Positions 1 to 12,315 of a stretch of DNA of 64,000 bases are shown here, one piece after another. How positions within the stretch are numbered: the stretch's first letter is position 1; each line of letters begins with the position of its first letter. The stretch lies in the NCBI GenBank assembly GCA_035221665.1, contig JAVHYY010000217.1, forward strand, positions 124,001-188,000, read 5' to 3'. Position numbers and translations under genes: made by a program. This DNA comes from Okamejei kenojei. Lineage: Eukaryota. The notes under the pieces were generated by a model that saw only the letters and a list, made by a program, of their open reading frames with translations, ran no database searches and was not told the DNA's origin.

Positions 1-2369
1 GTCCCGCTGAGCTTCTCCAGCTTATTGTGTCTATGCCAGATGTATCTGTCCATTTGGTCAGTCAATGTTTATCCTTTTTTGCCTCTTCATGTCCCGCTTC
101 ACGGCTTATTTCCCTAGTACCCTAGTGCCATGCGTACATTTAAATCTACCGAAGGTAGACACAAAATGCTGGAGTAACTCAGCGGGACAGGCAGCGTCTC
201 TAGAGAGAAGGAACGGGCGACGTTTCAGGTCGAAACCCTTCTTCAGACTACATGTACCGAAGTCATTTGTGACAATTGTAAAACGCGGAGGTTCCAAGAC
301 CAATCCCGGCGGAACCCATATTTCTGAAAAAAGAGCATTTATCGCTGATATAAGCAGTTAATTTTATATTGTAATGACAATAAACCTGACACGACTTGAC
401 CCAAATTCAACATCCTGGGTCAAACTTTGTTTTGAAAATCTAGGTGTATAACCTACCGGCATTTGCTCAAAGCAGACTTTGAAAAATTGTATCTCATTGC
501 AGAATAACGGGTGGTCTCTGAAAGGCCCCGCAACGCTGTGTTATGATAAACCGTCATGAAAATACTTATGAACTCTTCATGTCAGTTCTGATCCTGTGTC
601 TTAAGATTTTATGGTCTCACGGATTCTTGCCTTAATGTTTTGCAACCGCTTGCAGCCTGCGTCTAAACCTCAGTTTTCTCAATTTGGATAATGCCTCTGT
701 ATTCAACGTAGACAAAAATGCTGGAGAAACTGAGCGGGTCAGGCAGCATCTATGGAGCGAAGGAATAGGGGACGTTTCGGGTTGAGACCCTTTAGCCTAT
801 TTATAGCAACCTCTATATTCAATGGCACTTTGTTGCTACGTTGAAATTCCTCTACTGCACGCAACGTTTTGTCGGTAAACATCTTACTATACATGGGCAC
901 AATCACCACGTTTCCGATTTCAAAGTTGTTAAAAATGTAGAGTCTTCACGGACGTAACTGCAGCGTAACTTTCACCCCCCCCCCCCCCACGTGATTCTTG
1001 TTTCTGACCTCACTATTCTAAAGCATCCTGCGGTACTCGTTCTGTGAATTGGACACCACTCTCTTAAACGCTGAAACGAAGCCGCTTATTTAAGTTAACT
1101 ATGGTTGAGTAAATCACACATGGTCACAGATCTGGTACAATCTACAACTGTGGTCCGTGTTGTCCAGACCGCACGTTTATGCCTTTTCTATCTCACATTT
1201 ATACCTCACGATGCCTCGGCAAGGCCAACAGCATAATTAAGGACGAGTCGCACTCTGGCCACTCCCTCTCCACCCTCTCCCATCGGGAAGCGTTATTTCC
1301 TTATCATGTATCTATACACTGTAAGCGGCACGGAGGTAATCATGTCTTATCTTTCTGTTGACTGGTTAGCACGTAACAAACGTTTTTTTCACTGTACATC
1401 GGTACTCGTGACAATAAACTAAACGGAACCGTTCTGAGATCTGAATGTAAAGATATTCTAGGAGATGTTTAACGGGCCGACTGGTCTCTTCCTGTTTCCA
1501 TGACCCGCTGACGGCGATCTCCCCATTCTCTCGCAGTGTGCCTACGCTGGTTTGAGATTTAACGCAGCGCGACTCAACGATCGGAGGCGCTAGAGAACTT
1601 TGTGTAACCGAGCATGACGTGGAGAGGAAGATATTCAACCCGGAAAGGCTGTCGGTGAAAGTTCCAGCAGCAAACTGCTAATTTCCTATCACCTCCTGGA
1701 TTAATTGGCAGGATGGTGCGAATCTGTTACAGATAGGCGTATATCCTTCCCAGTACCTGCCAATTTACGGTAAGTACACGCATGTACTCAGAAGAGAAAC
1801 TCTTATCCTGACCGTGTACCGGTCGACTCAACTCGTCACATCTACAAGGCAATTCCCACCGCGCTTTTGGAAACCGCATCCCAAGACGAATAACTATTCC
1901 CCATCTCGGACGATGGATTGCTATGTTCTGCTACTTTTAACCTGATCTTGTGGTTCCGATTTTATTAACCTGCTATTTCTAATTTCACTTTGCATTTCTA
2001 ACATAAAACTCTGCTGTAACTCCAGAATGTAACAAAATATATCCGTGGCAATATACAATAAATCCGTTTTGAAAACTCGAGCGCTGTGCTTTTTTAAAAA
2101 TTCCAGATGTTATCCAAATAAAATCCAGCAAGAGCATAAAATACACGTTCACGGGTCGTGATTGAATGTCGAATACACGATTGACTGTGGGGATCTGAAA
2201 CGGAATATGTTCAATGTCTAATAAAGGGTTCCAACCTGACTCGCGCCCTCTCCACGTTCTCCAAAGATGCCGCCAGACCGCTCAGTTACTCCAGCACATT
2301 GCGTCTTTATTTGTAAACCAGCATCGCTGTGCTCGGGTCACAGAGTCGTGGAGGTTGATATTGAGGGAG

Positions 2370-2995
2370 CGCGGCGCATTCTTGCCATTGAGGGAGCGCA
2401 GCGTAGGTTCACCGGGTTAATTCCCGGGATGGCGGGACTGACATATGATGAAAGAATGGATCGACTAGGCTTGTATTCACTGGAAATTGGAAGCATGAGA
2501 GGGGATGTTATAGAAACATATAACAATCAGGGGTTGGACAGGCTAGATGCAGGGAAAATGTCCCCGTTGTTGGGGGAATCCGGAACCAGGGATCAAGGTT
2601 TATGAATAAGGGTAAGCCATTTAGGACTGAGATGAGAAAAAAAGACCTTTTCACCCAGAGAGTTGTGAATCTGTGGAATTCTCAGAAGGCAGTGGGAGGC
2701 CAATTTACTAGATGTTTTCAAGAGAGAGTTATGTATCTATTGCTCGTAGATGGAATCAAGGGATATGGGATGGGACATCTTAGTCGCCACGGACGCGATG
2801 GGCTGAAGGGGTTGTTTATGACCATGGAAATATAAAATAGGTGCACGAGTGCCCAGTTCCTGCTTTCTCCGCATATCCCTTGATTCCTTTTGCCCTGAGA
2901 GCTAAATATAACTCTCTCTTGAAAACATCCTGTCAATTGTCCTCCATTGCCTTCTGTGGCAAATTTTCTACAGATTCACAACTCTCTGGGTGACG
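2370..2995. mobile_element. CR1 (HER1-like) LINE 3' fragments: one plus copy (2370-2810) and one inverted copy (2850-2995)
   Basis: QRRFT.LIPGMAGL.Y.ER..RLGLYSLE..RGD.IETY and FTQRVVNLWN motifs. Similar fragments near 13370-14150, 16700-17005, 20720-21130, 26190-26385, 30640-30935, 44060-44470, 46700-46980, 50870-51310 and 55835-56150. Confidence 0.85.
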
Positions 2996-4361
2996 TACTT
3001 GTGTGCGGCCGGCTATGGAAAATTGGAGAGTGAACTCATTGAGATATTTACCAAGTTCGAATCGTGAAAGAGAACTTTGAGGTCTGGAGTGTCCAGAATT
3101 GTTGCAGTTCCTATTACTCCGTCTATCCCCTGCATTTTCTAATGTTCGTAGTTATTGAACATTGCTGAGCAACACTTTCTAAAGTAAGTAATATTCCTAA
3201 AGTTGTTTAGAAAGGAGCTGCAGACGTTTACACCGAAGATAGACACAACACTGGAGTAACTCAGCGGGACAGTCAGCATCTCTGGAGAGAAGTGAAAGGG
3301 GTCTAAAGAAAGGTGCCGATATGAAACGTCACCTCTTCCTTCTCTCCAGAGATGCTGCCTGTCCCACTGAGTTGCTCCACTATTTTGAGTCTATTTTCGA
3401 AAGTTATTGCCGTTTGCATCAGGTATTTCTTAATGTCCCCCAACCCTTAAGGCCCATAACATCACTTGTCAAACCCTGTCTTGTCTCTCATTTACAAACG
3501 CTGCTCCCTGCAGCTCCAGACTCCCCGACTGCAGGCGACTGGTTCTTGTCAAGTCCCCCCTCCCCTCAATCTCCCGAAATATCTCCAAAATCAATTGAAC
3601 CACTCTTTACACTTCTAACTGAAAGGCGATATCACCAGGTCTCAAGGGAACTAAAAGGGAAATAAGATCGCACATGAAAAAAACGTTAAAGCTAGTTTGA
3701 GCAAGGTTGTTTATAAAGGAGTTCCGATATTATTCTGTTTAAGAAGGAACTGCAGATGCTGGAAAAATGCTGGAGTAACTCGGCGGGTGAGGCAGCATTT
3801 GTGGAGAGAAGGAAGAGGCGACGTTTCGGGTCGAGACCCTTCACAAAAATGCTGGAGTAACTCGGCGGGTGAGGCAGCATCTGTGGAGAGAAGGAAGAGG
3901 CGACGTTTCGGGTCGAGACCCTTCTCAGATTATTCCTGTCCCTCCACGGTCCGCTGCTCCGGGTGTCGGCCAATCCGCGGCCCCTATTGCTGCAGCGTGT
4001 CCTTTGACCCCATGTACACCAGGCCGGATGTTGCATCTCATTAATTCACTTCTCTCGTTTTATTTATAATACATTTAATTTACATACAGACTACATCAAC
4101 TTGACCATACAAAAATAAAGCTCTTCGATCAGAGGAATCGAAGAATTGCACATGCCTTGCAAAAAGCCTCTGCCCTTAAGGTTTCGAACATTCCTGATTA
4201 GTGGGATTAATATGAGTCTAACATTACATTGTTTTATTTGCATTTCCGGCACCGAGCCACAGAGATTCAGGCAGCCCCGGAATGTTGAGAGGGGGTGTAG
4301 TGTTGCCGCTGCCTTGGGCCCTCTCTTCACAATCCATCGTTGGCAGAAAACAATCTGGTTC

Positions 4362-7300
4362 TCACCTGCCGGCGGGAGGCGATGCGGCGAACTGGATCGA
4401 GGCGTAAACGATGGGCTCTGGGGGCTGTAATGTACATTAGCCATTGGTATGTTTAAATATCGTTCACAACACCCTAACATTCCTCAACGATCGGGCAACA
4501 CAAGCGTGACTACGCCGACCTTCTATTAGTCACATTCTCCACGAACTCCAGCAGATTCCCATCCATAATTCCACGTTAACTCTGCTCAGACCCATTAATC
4601 ACTTACATCCGTTCCCAGACATCAGGTTTGTGTTTTTTTTTATAACGGAGCAGTCCTCAAATACTGTCTACCTCATTGGTGACCCTCGGACTATCTTTGA
4701 TCAGGCTTTACTGGTTTTAACTTGCACTATTCCCTTATCATGTGTCTATAGATGTGTTGTCTTTCACCTGACTGGAGAGCAAGCAACAAAAGCTTTTCAC
4801 TGTACCTCGGTACACGGGACAATAAACCAAACTGAGTTCATCACACATACCTGCGCCACACTTCCACGCCCTTGCCTTCTTTCCCTTTGGCGGTCGATGC
4901 CTGTGTGATCATGGCGAAGGGAAGGAATTCAGAATATTATTTGGTCCTGACAATTTATAGTCAGTTACGGAGATGGCTTACATGTCAACAATCGCCGAGT
5001 TAACAGTGATCCCCAGTATATTAACCGTCCGTCTATGCCAATGGTTCCCATTAATACACAATAAAGAAATGGTCATAAATCGTCTTATTCCTTCCTTAAC
5101 GCCCACAATATGCTACTGGCCCTCAAACATGTCTTGAATCACCCAACATGAGAATGGTTTCCTAAAATCCCTTGGACCCTGCAATGATCTCCACAGATGG
5201 ACGAGGGCCGAATACTTTAAAATATTCCAAGATCTCAATGTCTTCAACGCCCGCCCGCCCTGGGGCCTTTTCAACAGAGTTGCCACTAATGACGGGAAAC
5301 ATATTGGCTGGAACCTCATACACACCACCCCGCATATTTCAACCCACCATGACCTCAATCTAACTCACCTCACTGCCCGCCCTAATCTTTCCAGCCAATT
5401 CTTTCTCAAATCATTGACAGACGAGTTAGGAACCTGGAGTCATAGAGTGATACAGCGTGGAAACAGGCCCCTCGGCCCCTCCTGCCCCACCTGCCCCACC
5501 TGCCCCACCTGCCCCACCTGCCCCACCGGCCACTCCTGCCCCACCTGACCACATGTCCCAGCTACACTAGTCCCACCTAGTCAAAGAATGATACAGCGTG
5601 GATGCAGGCCCCTCGGACCCTCCTGCCCCACCTGACCCAGCGGCCCCACCGGCGCCACCTGCCCCACCTGCCCCACCTGCCCCACCTGCCCCACCTGCCC
5701 CACCTGCCCACATGTCCCAGCTACACTAGTCCCACCTAGTCATATAATGATACAGTGTGGATACAGGCCCCTCGGCCCCACCGGCCAACATGTCCCAACT
5801 ACACCAGTCCCACCTGCCCGCGCGTGTTCCCTGGCGAAGGGACCACCGTGGGTTAGAGGGATAGGGCTGGGAATCGCGAGCCCTCACCTGTTGTGCGGGT
5901 TTTATAGATCCAGATAGGAATGAGGATGAGTAAGAAGACGAGGACCATCGAGAGGCCGATCGCTGTGATGTCACACCAGGCTAGTGAATGAGAAAAGTTA
6001 CTCAGTGAAATGATGATGGTGATGATAGTTTATTGTCACTTGTTCCAGGTGCGGCGGCATTCTTTGTTTCAGCACACAAGGTGCACAAACAAGACGCCAC
6101 AAAGGAGCCGACAGATTTACTAAAAGTACTCATCCCTTCTCCCCCCGCCGCCCCCGCCAATACCGGACCCGCCTCTCTTCCCGTTGCCCCCCCCCCCCTC
6201 GTGTACCCCCGCCGAGTCCCCCTTGCCCCCCCCCCCCCACTTCGTGTCCCCCGTATTCCCTGTTTTACATTCCAATCATGCTTTGCAGGGAACTCACTGC
6301 TCGGCGCTTGACAAGGTTCTTTAACAAAATAGGTCAGAATCAGTCTAAGGAGCTAAAATAAACTATTAGACCAAGCTCGCAAGGCCTGGTGCTGGATCCA
6401 AGATGAGCAGATATTACAGAACAGGCCTCACCCACTCCAGTAATACTGTAAAGCCGAAGGATGCCGTGTCAACAACCGCAGGACACAGCTTTAAATTTAC
6501 AGGAGCAAAGATGAAAGGTGATGTAGGCGGGATAAATATTTTATACGGGTGATGTTGGGGGCTTGGAGCGCGCTGCCAGAGGGAGAGGTGGGGACAGATA
6601 CCACGGTGGCCTTTAAGATGCATTTACACAGGAACATGAAGATGCCGGGAATGGAGGGATATCGATCACGGGCAGAGGAAGACTTGTATTTGGCACCACA
6701 GTCCTCTTGAACATGGTGGGCAGAAGGGCCTGTTCATGTGCTGCACTGTTGTGTGTTTTATGTTTAACAAAAGATCAGAAAATCGTGGCAACGTTTTAAC
6801 TGACCAAAGGATGACAGAGCGTCGCGGCACACGAGGCCATTTAGCGGGTTCTTTAATTGGATTTGCCAATCAGTTTAGTTTAGATTAGTTTAGACATGCA
6901 GCGTGGAAACAGGCCATTCGGCCCACCGAGTCCGCGCCGACCAACGACCGCCGGCACGGTAGTTGTTTCAAACACACGAGGACAATTTAGGGAAGGCAAT
7001 TAACCCACAAAGTTGCACGTCTGTGATTGAATCGTGAGCTATGATTGAATGGCGGAGTAGACGTGATGGGCCAAATGGCCCAAATCTTCCCCTAGATCTT
7101 CTGTTGATGAACTTGATGGATTTGATATTATTGGGGGTGGAGAGAAGGGCTGTGGGAGCATTCGTGGACTTCATCAGTTTAAGAAGCAAGTTAATTTTCA
7201 ATGCCCCCAAAGTGCGACTCATATAAATCCCGACAAAATGCACAAACACAAGGTCAACATAAATACCGCGCGGCAGATCACACCGCAGATGAACATACCC

Positions 7301-8821
7301 TGACCGTGGTCTGGGGTGGGGATGGGACGGGACACGCTCTTGGTCCGGGTCTTGTCCGCGCCCCCCAGTTGCACAATACAGGTGCAGATCTCCCCGCCCC
7401 ACCAGACTCCAGGCGGGACCAGCACTTGACTCCTAACGCTGTAGCTCTGATCCGGCTCAATCCTGCCCGAGTCACTCCGTCCTTCCGTCAGCTGTCCCGA
7501 GATGTTCCAGTAAATGACAGCCATGCTGGAGGAGAGGCCGCTGACCTGACACACCAGGGGGACCGGGCCGCTTGTCTCAAACTGCGGCACAAACACCAGC
7601 AGACTGGTCTCGTCAGTGGAGCTGTCTGGGAGGAGATTGGGACACGGTTAACGCGGGGTTCGGCGACAGTGCAAGTCTGTGCATAGTTCCACCGTCGCCT
7701 GCTCTTACCTCCGACCAGAAGCGTGGGTCCTCTCGGGAACCCTGCATTGTTGTCCCGTCCAGAGCAGTAATAGATACCGGAGTCCCCAACCTGGGCGTCC
7801 CGGATTGTCAGAGTGGACGTGTTCTCCCCGGGACCTTTTGTTAAAGTCGCCCTGCAGCCGGTCTGTGTGCAGTCGGTAACCTTGATTGCTGTCGGGGCCT
7901 CGTCCGCACGCTGTTTGTACCAGAAAACGTGGGTCGCGATTTCCACTGGGTACTCTGTCTTACAGGACAGTTTAACCGTCTGACCGACATCAGTAGTCAC
8001 AACATCCCGGCCCCTCAACGGAGAGAGCCCGAATCCTGCAACTGGAAACATCATCAGTAAATTAAAGTTACCTGTTATGTGACGGGAGGAACTCGGATAG
8101 AAACGCGTTGCCAGTAATGTAAGAAATTCGCAGTCATTGGAGATCGCATTTGTTGTTTCAGAATTCTTTACAATATTCTACATTAACGTGATCAAATTGG
8201 AAAAACGAGAAGGCAGTTGAGGCAAAAAGGATACAACATGCTGGAGTAACTCAGCGGGTCAGGCAGCATCTGTGGAGAACATGGATAGGTGATGTTTCAC
8301 AGAGTGCTGGAGTAACTCAGCGGGTCAGGCAGCATCTGTGGAGAACATGGATAGGTAATATTTCGTGTCGGGCCACTTAATGTTTTTGGAAACCAGTAAA
8401 AAACAGTTAATTATATCCACGTAATGGAAAGAGTAAAAATCTATCGATATAGATATTATCGCGGATATATATATCTGAAGAAGGGTCTCGACCCGAAACC
8501 TCACCCGTTCCTTCTCTCCAGACATGTTGCCCGTCCCGCTGAGTATTTTGTGGATAATAGATACACTTACATATACAATACAGATTGATTGTATGAAGTA
8601 GGGCTGATTTCTCCACTAGGATGGGGCCCTGGACATGGAGCCTTGGGAAGGGGGAATGTTGGTGACCATCTCCAAACATTCCCTCTGGCCGGGCCACCGA
8701 CATTGACAAGTGCGAATCTCCGGGAATTTCCTCCTGATCCCATGGAAACGTCCCCAACCCTGACTCACTCACCGCATAGCCGGAACATCTGTACAACGAA
8801 GACCAGAGGCACAGCGTCCAT
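4362..8821 (-). CDS. Non-rearranging antigen-receptor-like IgSF protein: leader, VJ domain, C1-type domain, TM, ITIM tail (PRARP/VJC1-like), about 302 aa, 6 exons
   Basis: Exons, all GT-AG with matching phases: leader 8773-8821 (MDAVPLVFVVQMFRLC, phase 1); V 7709-8035 (KLSC..WYKQ..TLTIRDAQVGDSGIYYC..FPRGPTLLVG); C1 7299-7625 (LVCQVSG..IYW..YSVRSQV..W..CTC; alternative donor at 7305); TM 5888-5980 (AWCDITAIGLSMVLVFLLILIPIWIYKTRTT); cytoplasmic 4851-4900 (GIDRQRERRQGRGSVAQ); last 4362-4424 (PPEPIVYASIQFAASPPAGR*). Minus-strand AATAAA at 4233-4238. Family name is inference. Confidence 0.88.
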
Positions 8822-9249
8822 GGAGATGTGGTCGGCTGGCACTGCGCTCCCGGCCAGGTGTCCGACTGAGGTGAGTTGAGTGTCTATGGTTGGAACTTGA
8901 GCCTCTGGCGGATGCTCGGTGCCAACTACCGAGGGCGGGGCCGCCGGGTCCCGGGCCACTTGGGAAAGATTGACGGGGGATAAAGAGGATGTCAGGCGGA
9001 GATCGTGGCCATGTGTTCATTCCTGTAGGCAGAGAAGGAGCGTCACTTTAAGGCCACATCTGCCTGGTGCCCCTGCCCGATGGCCCTGCCCGATGCGGGG
9101 CTGCTGAGGCGAGGCAACTCTCACGTTACTGGCTCTGCTTCTGGCTCTGTTTGATGACTGCGCAAACACCTGATCAGTGGTTATCTGGCGCGGGTCGGAG
9201 TGAGTAGGGTAGTGATTAAAATTTGAAGTGGGCCTTTTGACCAAGTTGA

Positions 9250-9480
9250 GGAGATCTCGTTGCTCAATCCCCTTAACATCGGGAGTAGCGCGTGTGTTGG
9301 GTGGTAACATGTTCCATTCCCTTATCGTCCTTGGGTAAAGGGAATATTGGTAGCAAAGTTTATTGGTGATGTAGGGACCGTTATTTCGACGTTTCTGGGA
9401 TGACGGGAGGTTTGATGGCGTGAGTTTGAGAATCTCCTTGTAAATTGCAAGCGGATGGAGATGCCGAGTTTACACCCAGT
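9250..9480 (-). mobile_element. Old LINE C-terminal fragment
   Basis: Minus-strand translation YQYSLYPRTIREWNMLP resembles the SFFPRTIREWNxLP end of CR1/L2-group ORF2. Confidence 0.45.
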
Positions 9481-9856
9481 GACGACATGTTTCCAAGTCA
9501 GGATAAGGGGAACATGCGAGTGGCGGTGTTTCTGTGGCTACGGTTTGGTGCGACTGGTCCCGAGTGTCCCGGCCGGGTAACCGCAGGTTATTTCGGGATG
9601 TCACTTTACACTGAATCGTATTGAGTTGGTGTTGTTCTGATTCGCACTGATACACTCAGGCAAAGGGTATTCCAGCGCCATCGTGACCTGGGTCCTGGAG
9701 ATTGTGAAAACGCTGTGCGGCAGATGACACCACAGATGACACCAGCCTCTGGCCTGTTCTTCAAACCTCCACAGTCACCTGGCGTCAGCGGGTTCCAGTA
9801 AACGGCGACCCCACTGTGTTACCTTTGGGGATTCGGCGCAATGCTACAGAATAGTG

Positions 9857-10160
9857 CGGTACGGTGGCGGAGCATCAGTTGCTGCCTTACAGGGCCAGAG
9901 ACACGGGTTCAATCATATCCACGGGTGCTGTCTGTACGGAGTTTGTACGTTCTTCCAGTGACCTGCGTGGGTTTTCTCCGAGATCTTCGGTTTTCTCCCA
10001 CACTCCAAAGACGTGCGGGTTTGTAGGTTAATGGGCTTGGTGCAAATGTAAAAGTGTCCCTTGTGTGTGTAGGATAGTGTAAATGTGCGGGGATTGCTGG
10101 GCGTTGCGGACTCGGTGGGCCGTAGGGCCTGTTTCCGCGTTGTAACTACAAACTAAACAA
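9857..10160 (+). mobile_element. HE1/V-SINE-type tRNA-derived SINE
   Basis: tRNA-like head with A/B boxes, central GTGGGTTTTCTCC..CCCACACTCCAAAGAC, CR1-like tail GGGCCTGTTTCC..(CTAAA)n. Confidence 0.8.
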
Positions 10161-11099
10161 AATATCAAGGCAGGTTGTTGATCTCTCTTGTTTTGCTGGT
10201 TGGCGCTCTGGGCCTACGCGCCTGCGGCGTTGCTTTGTAAGTATTAGTCCAGGTTAGCACGCCGGTCCACACTTAGGTGATGTTCATGTCCTTAGTTGGC
10301 ATGTGGCCATCTGCGAGAGACAGTGGTGCAGCTTTGTGCAGCTAAGATAGACACAAAATGCTGGAGTAACTCAGCGGGACAGGCAACATCTCTGGAGAGA
10401 GGGAATGGGTGATATTTCGGGTCCAGACCCTTCTTCAGATGTTGTCCAGTTTGGGGAGGGGAATCTGTGGCTGACGAGGCCCACCGTTGACAGGTAGACC
10501 CCCTCATAGCTGCCACGAGTGAAGTTGCCTGTGGACGTTGGATTGGGATGTGCGTTGCTGTTTCCCTTACTCATTTAGTGGCGTTGGCGCCTGGCCTCCA
10601 GGGCCATGATGAACGGGCAAACATGATGTAATGGAGGACTCTGTAAATGAGGCTAATTCGCACAAATGAGCTCGCCGTTCAGTTGAACCCATCCTGGTCG
10701 TTGCAATGAGCCCAGCGCGCACTCGCCGTGGTCTAACGAGTTGACCTTTGGGCAGGAGCACAGAGCGTAAACAGGAAACCCACACAGAGGACTAGCTCGA
10801 TGACTTTTGCCACCTCAAGCGACAAGCTTGATGAGATTGTGGGTCAGCGGATTGTCGCATCAGTGAACGTGTCTTGAAGTCTCTGATTGTGTGAAAGGTC
10901 AAACCGATGCAAATCTCTGAATGTGGATCAGGTCGTGTGTGAGTTTAACCCCAGCTGCCAATGTCTGCGCTAGCCGCCCCTCTGCAGCCACCGCGCCCCC
11001 TGGTCCCACTGGGGCTAATTAGTTCACCTGTCTCCGTCAGAAAATCGATCAGGCACACAAGATGGTTATTTCAGCATCATCTCTGTATAGATAAAATGT

Positions 11100-11705
11100 T
11101 GGGCTAATTCCGCAGGGCAGGACGCCTCTCCAGAGAGAAGGAATGGGTGACGTTTCGGGTCCAGACTGACGTCACGGAGGAGGGAAATAGATAGATAAGG
11201 AAGTGTGAAGGTGTGAAAACAGGGCAAAGGGAATGGTGATCAAGGACAATGTAGAATAGATCAGTGTTAGCTGGGTGAAGGTAAATACAAAGTAGACAGA
11301 GATAAAATGCAGTCGAAGTCAATAAGACTGGTCGGAGAAGGGAGAGAGACGGAGAGAGAGGGAAAGCAAGGCTTACTTGAAGTTACAGAAGTCAATATTC
11401 ATACAGCTGGGGTGGAAGCTGCCCAAACTAAATATGAAGTGCTGTTCCTCCAATGTGCGCTGGGCCTCACTCTGACAACGGAGGAGGTCCAGGACAGAAA
11501 GGTCAGTGTGGGAATGGGAGGGAGAGTTAGTGTTGAGAACCGGGAGATCAGGTTGGTTCAGGCGGACTGAGCGGCTGTGTTCAGCATGATAGCCGAGCCT
11601 GTGCTTGGTCGCGCCGATATACAGGAGTCCACACCTGGAACAGCAGGTACAGTAGATGAGGTTGCAGGAGGTGCAAGTGAACCTCTGCCTCACACGAAAA
11701 GATGC
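11100..11705 (-). mobile_element. Penelope-like element 3' fragment: GIY-YIG endonuclease plus terminal repeat
   Basis: ORF 11373-11711 FTCTSCNLIYC..CGLLYIG.TK.RL..EH..LEEQH.IF.LG...P..MNIDF; continues into the ..GAAACGTCACCCATTCCTTCTCT repeat. Confidence 0.85.
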
Positions 11706-12099
11706 TTTCAAGAGAGTTAGATTTAGCTCTTAGAGCTAACGGAATCAAGGGATATTGGGAGAAAGCAGGAACGGGGTACTGATTGTGGACGATCAGCCGT
11801 GATCATAATGAATGGCAGTGCTGGCTGGAAGGGCCGAATGGCCGCCTCCTGCACCTATTGTCTATGTTATGATTTATGAAGGTGGATAGTTGACGTGTCT
11901 GCCTGGTCCCTTCAGATGCGTATCCAACACCTTGTTACCTCGTTAACTACAACGTTGCAAGTACCTCCAGTTGGTTTGGTCGTTTCATAATTTACGTAAG
12001 TTAATAAAATTGTTTTCGAATTGTTTGTGCTTATCCGAATTTTGTTTCATTATTTTGTTTATTCAATAATTGTCTTCATTAACCTGTTAATGTTTGAAG

Positions 12100-12315
12100 G
12101 GTCTCCGTTAAACCCGACCCGATGTCCCTCTGTCAGAGGCAAGTCTCCGTTAAACCCGACCCGATGTCCCTCAGTCAGAGGCAAGTCCAGGTTAAGCCCG
12201 ACCCGACCCGGTGTCCCTCTGTCAGAGGCAAGTCTAGGTTAAACCCGACCCGACCCGGTGTCCCTCTGTCAGAGGCAAGTCTCCGTTAAACCCGACCCGA
12301 CCCGATGTCCCTCTC
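12100..12315. repeat. Tandem repeat, about 43-48 bp x5 (AAACCCGACCCGA..TGTCCCTCTGTCAGAGGCAAGTCTCCGTT)
   Basis: Directly visible. Confidence 0.85.

Noticed and set aside
7626-7708. Heptamer-like CACAGAC/CACTGTC in the V-C1 intron as a possible RSS
   Set aside because: No nonamer at 12 or 23 bp spacing, and it lies after the J-like strand rather than between V and J.
12100-12315. Regularly spaced repeats superficially like a CRISPR array (also 59030-59205)
   Set aside because: No unique spacers, eukaryotic context and no cas genes; simple tandem repeats.
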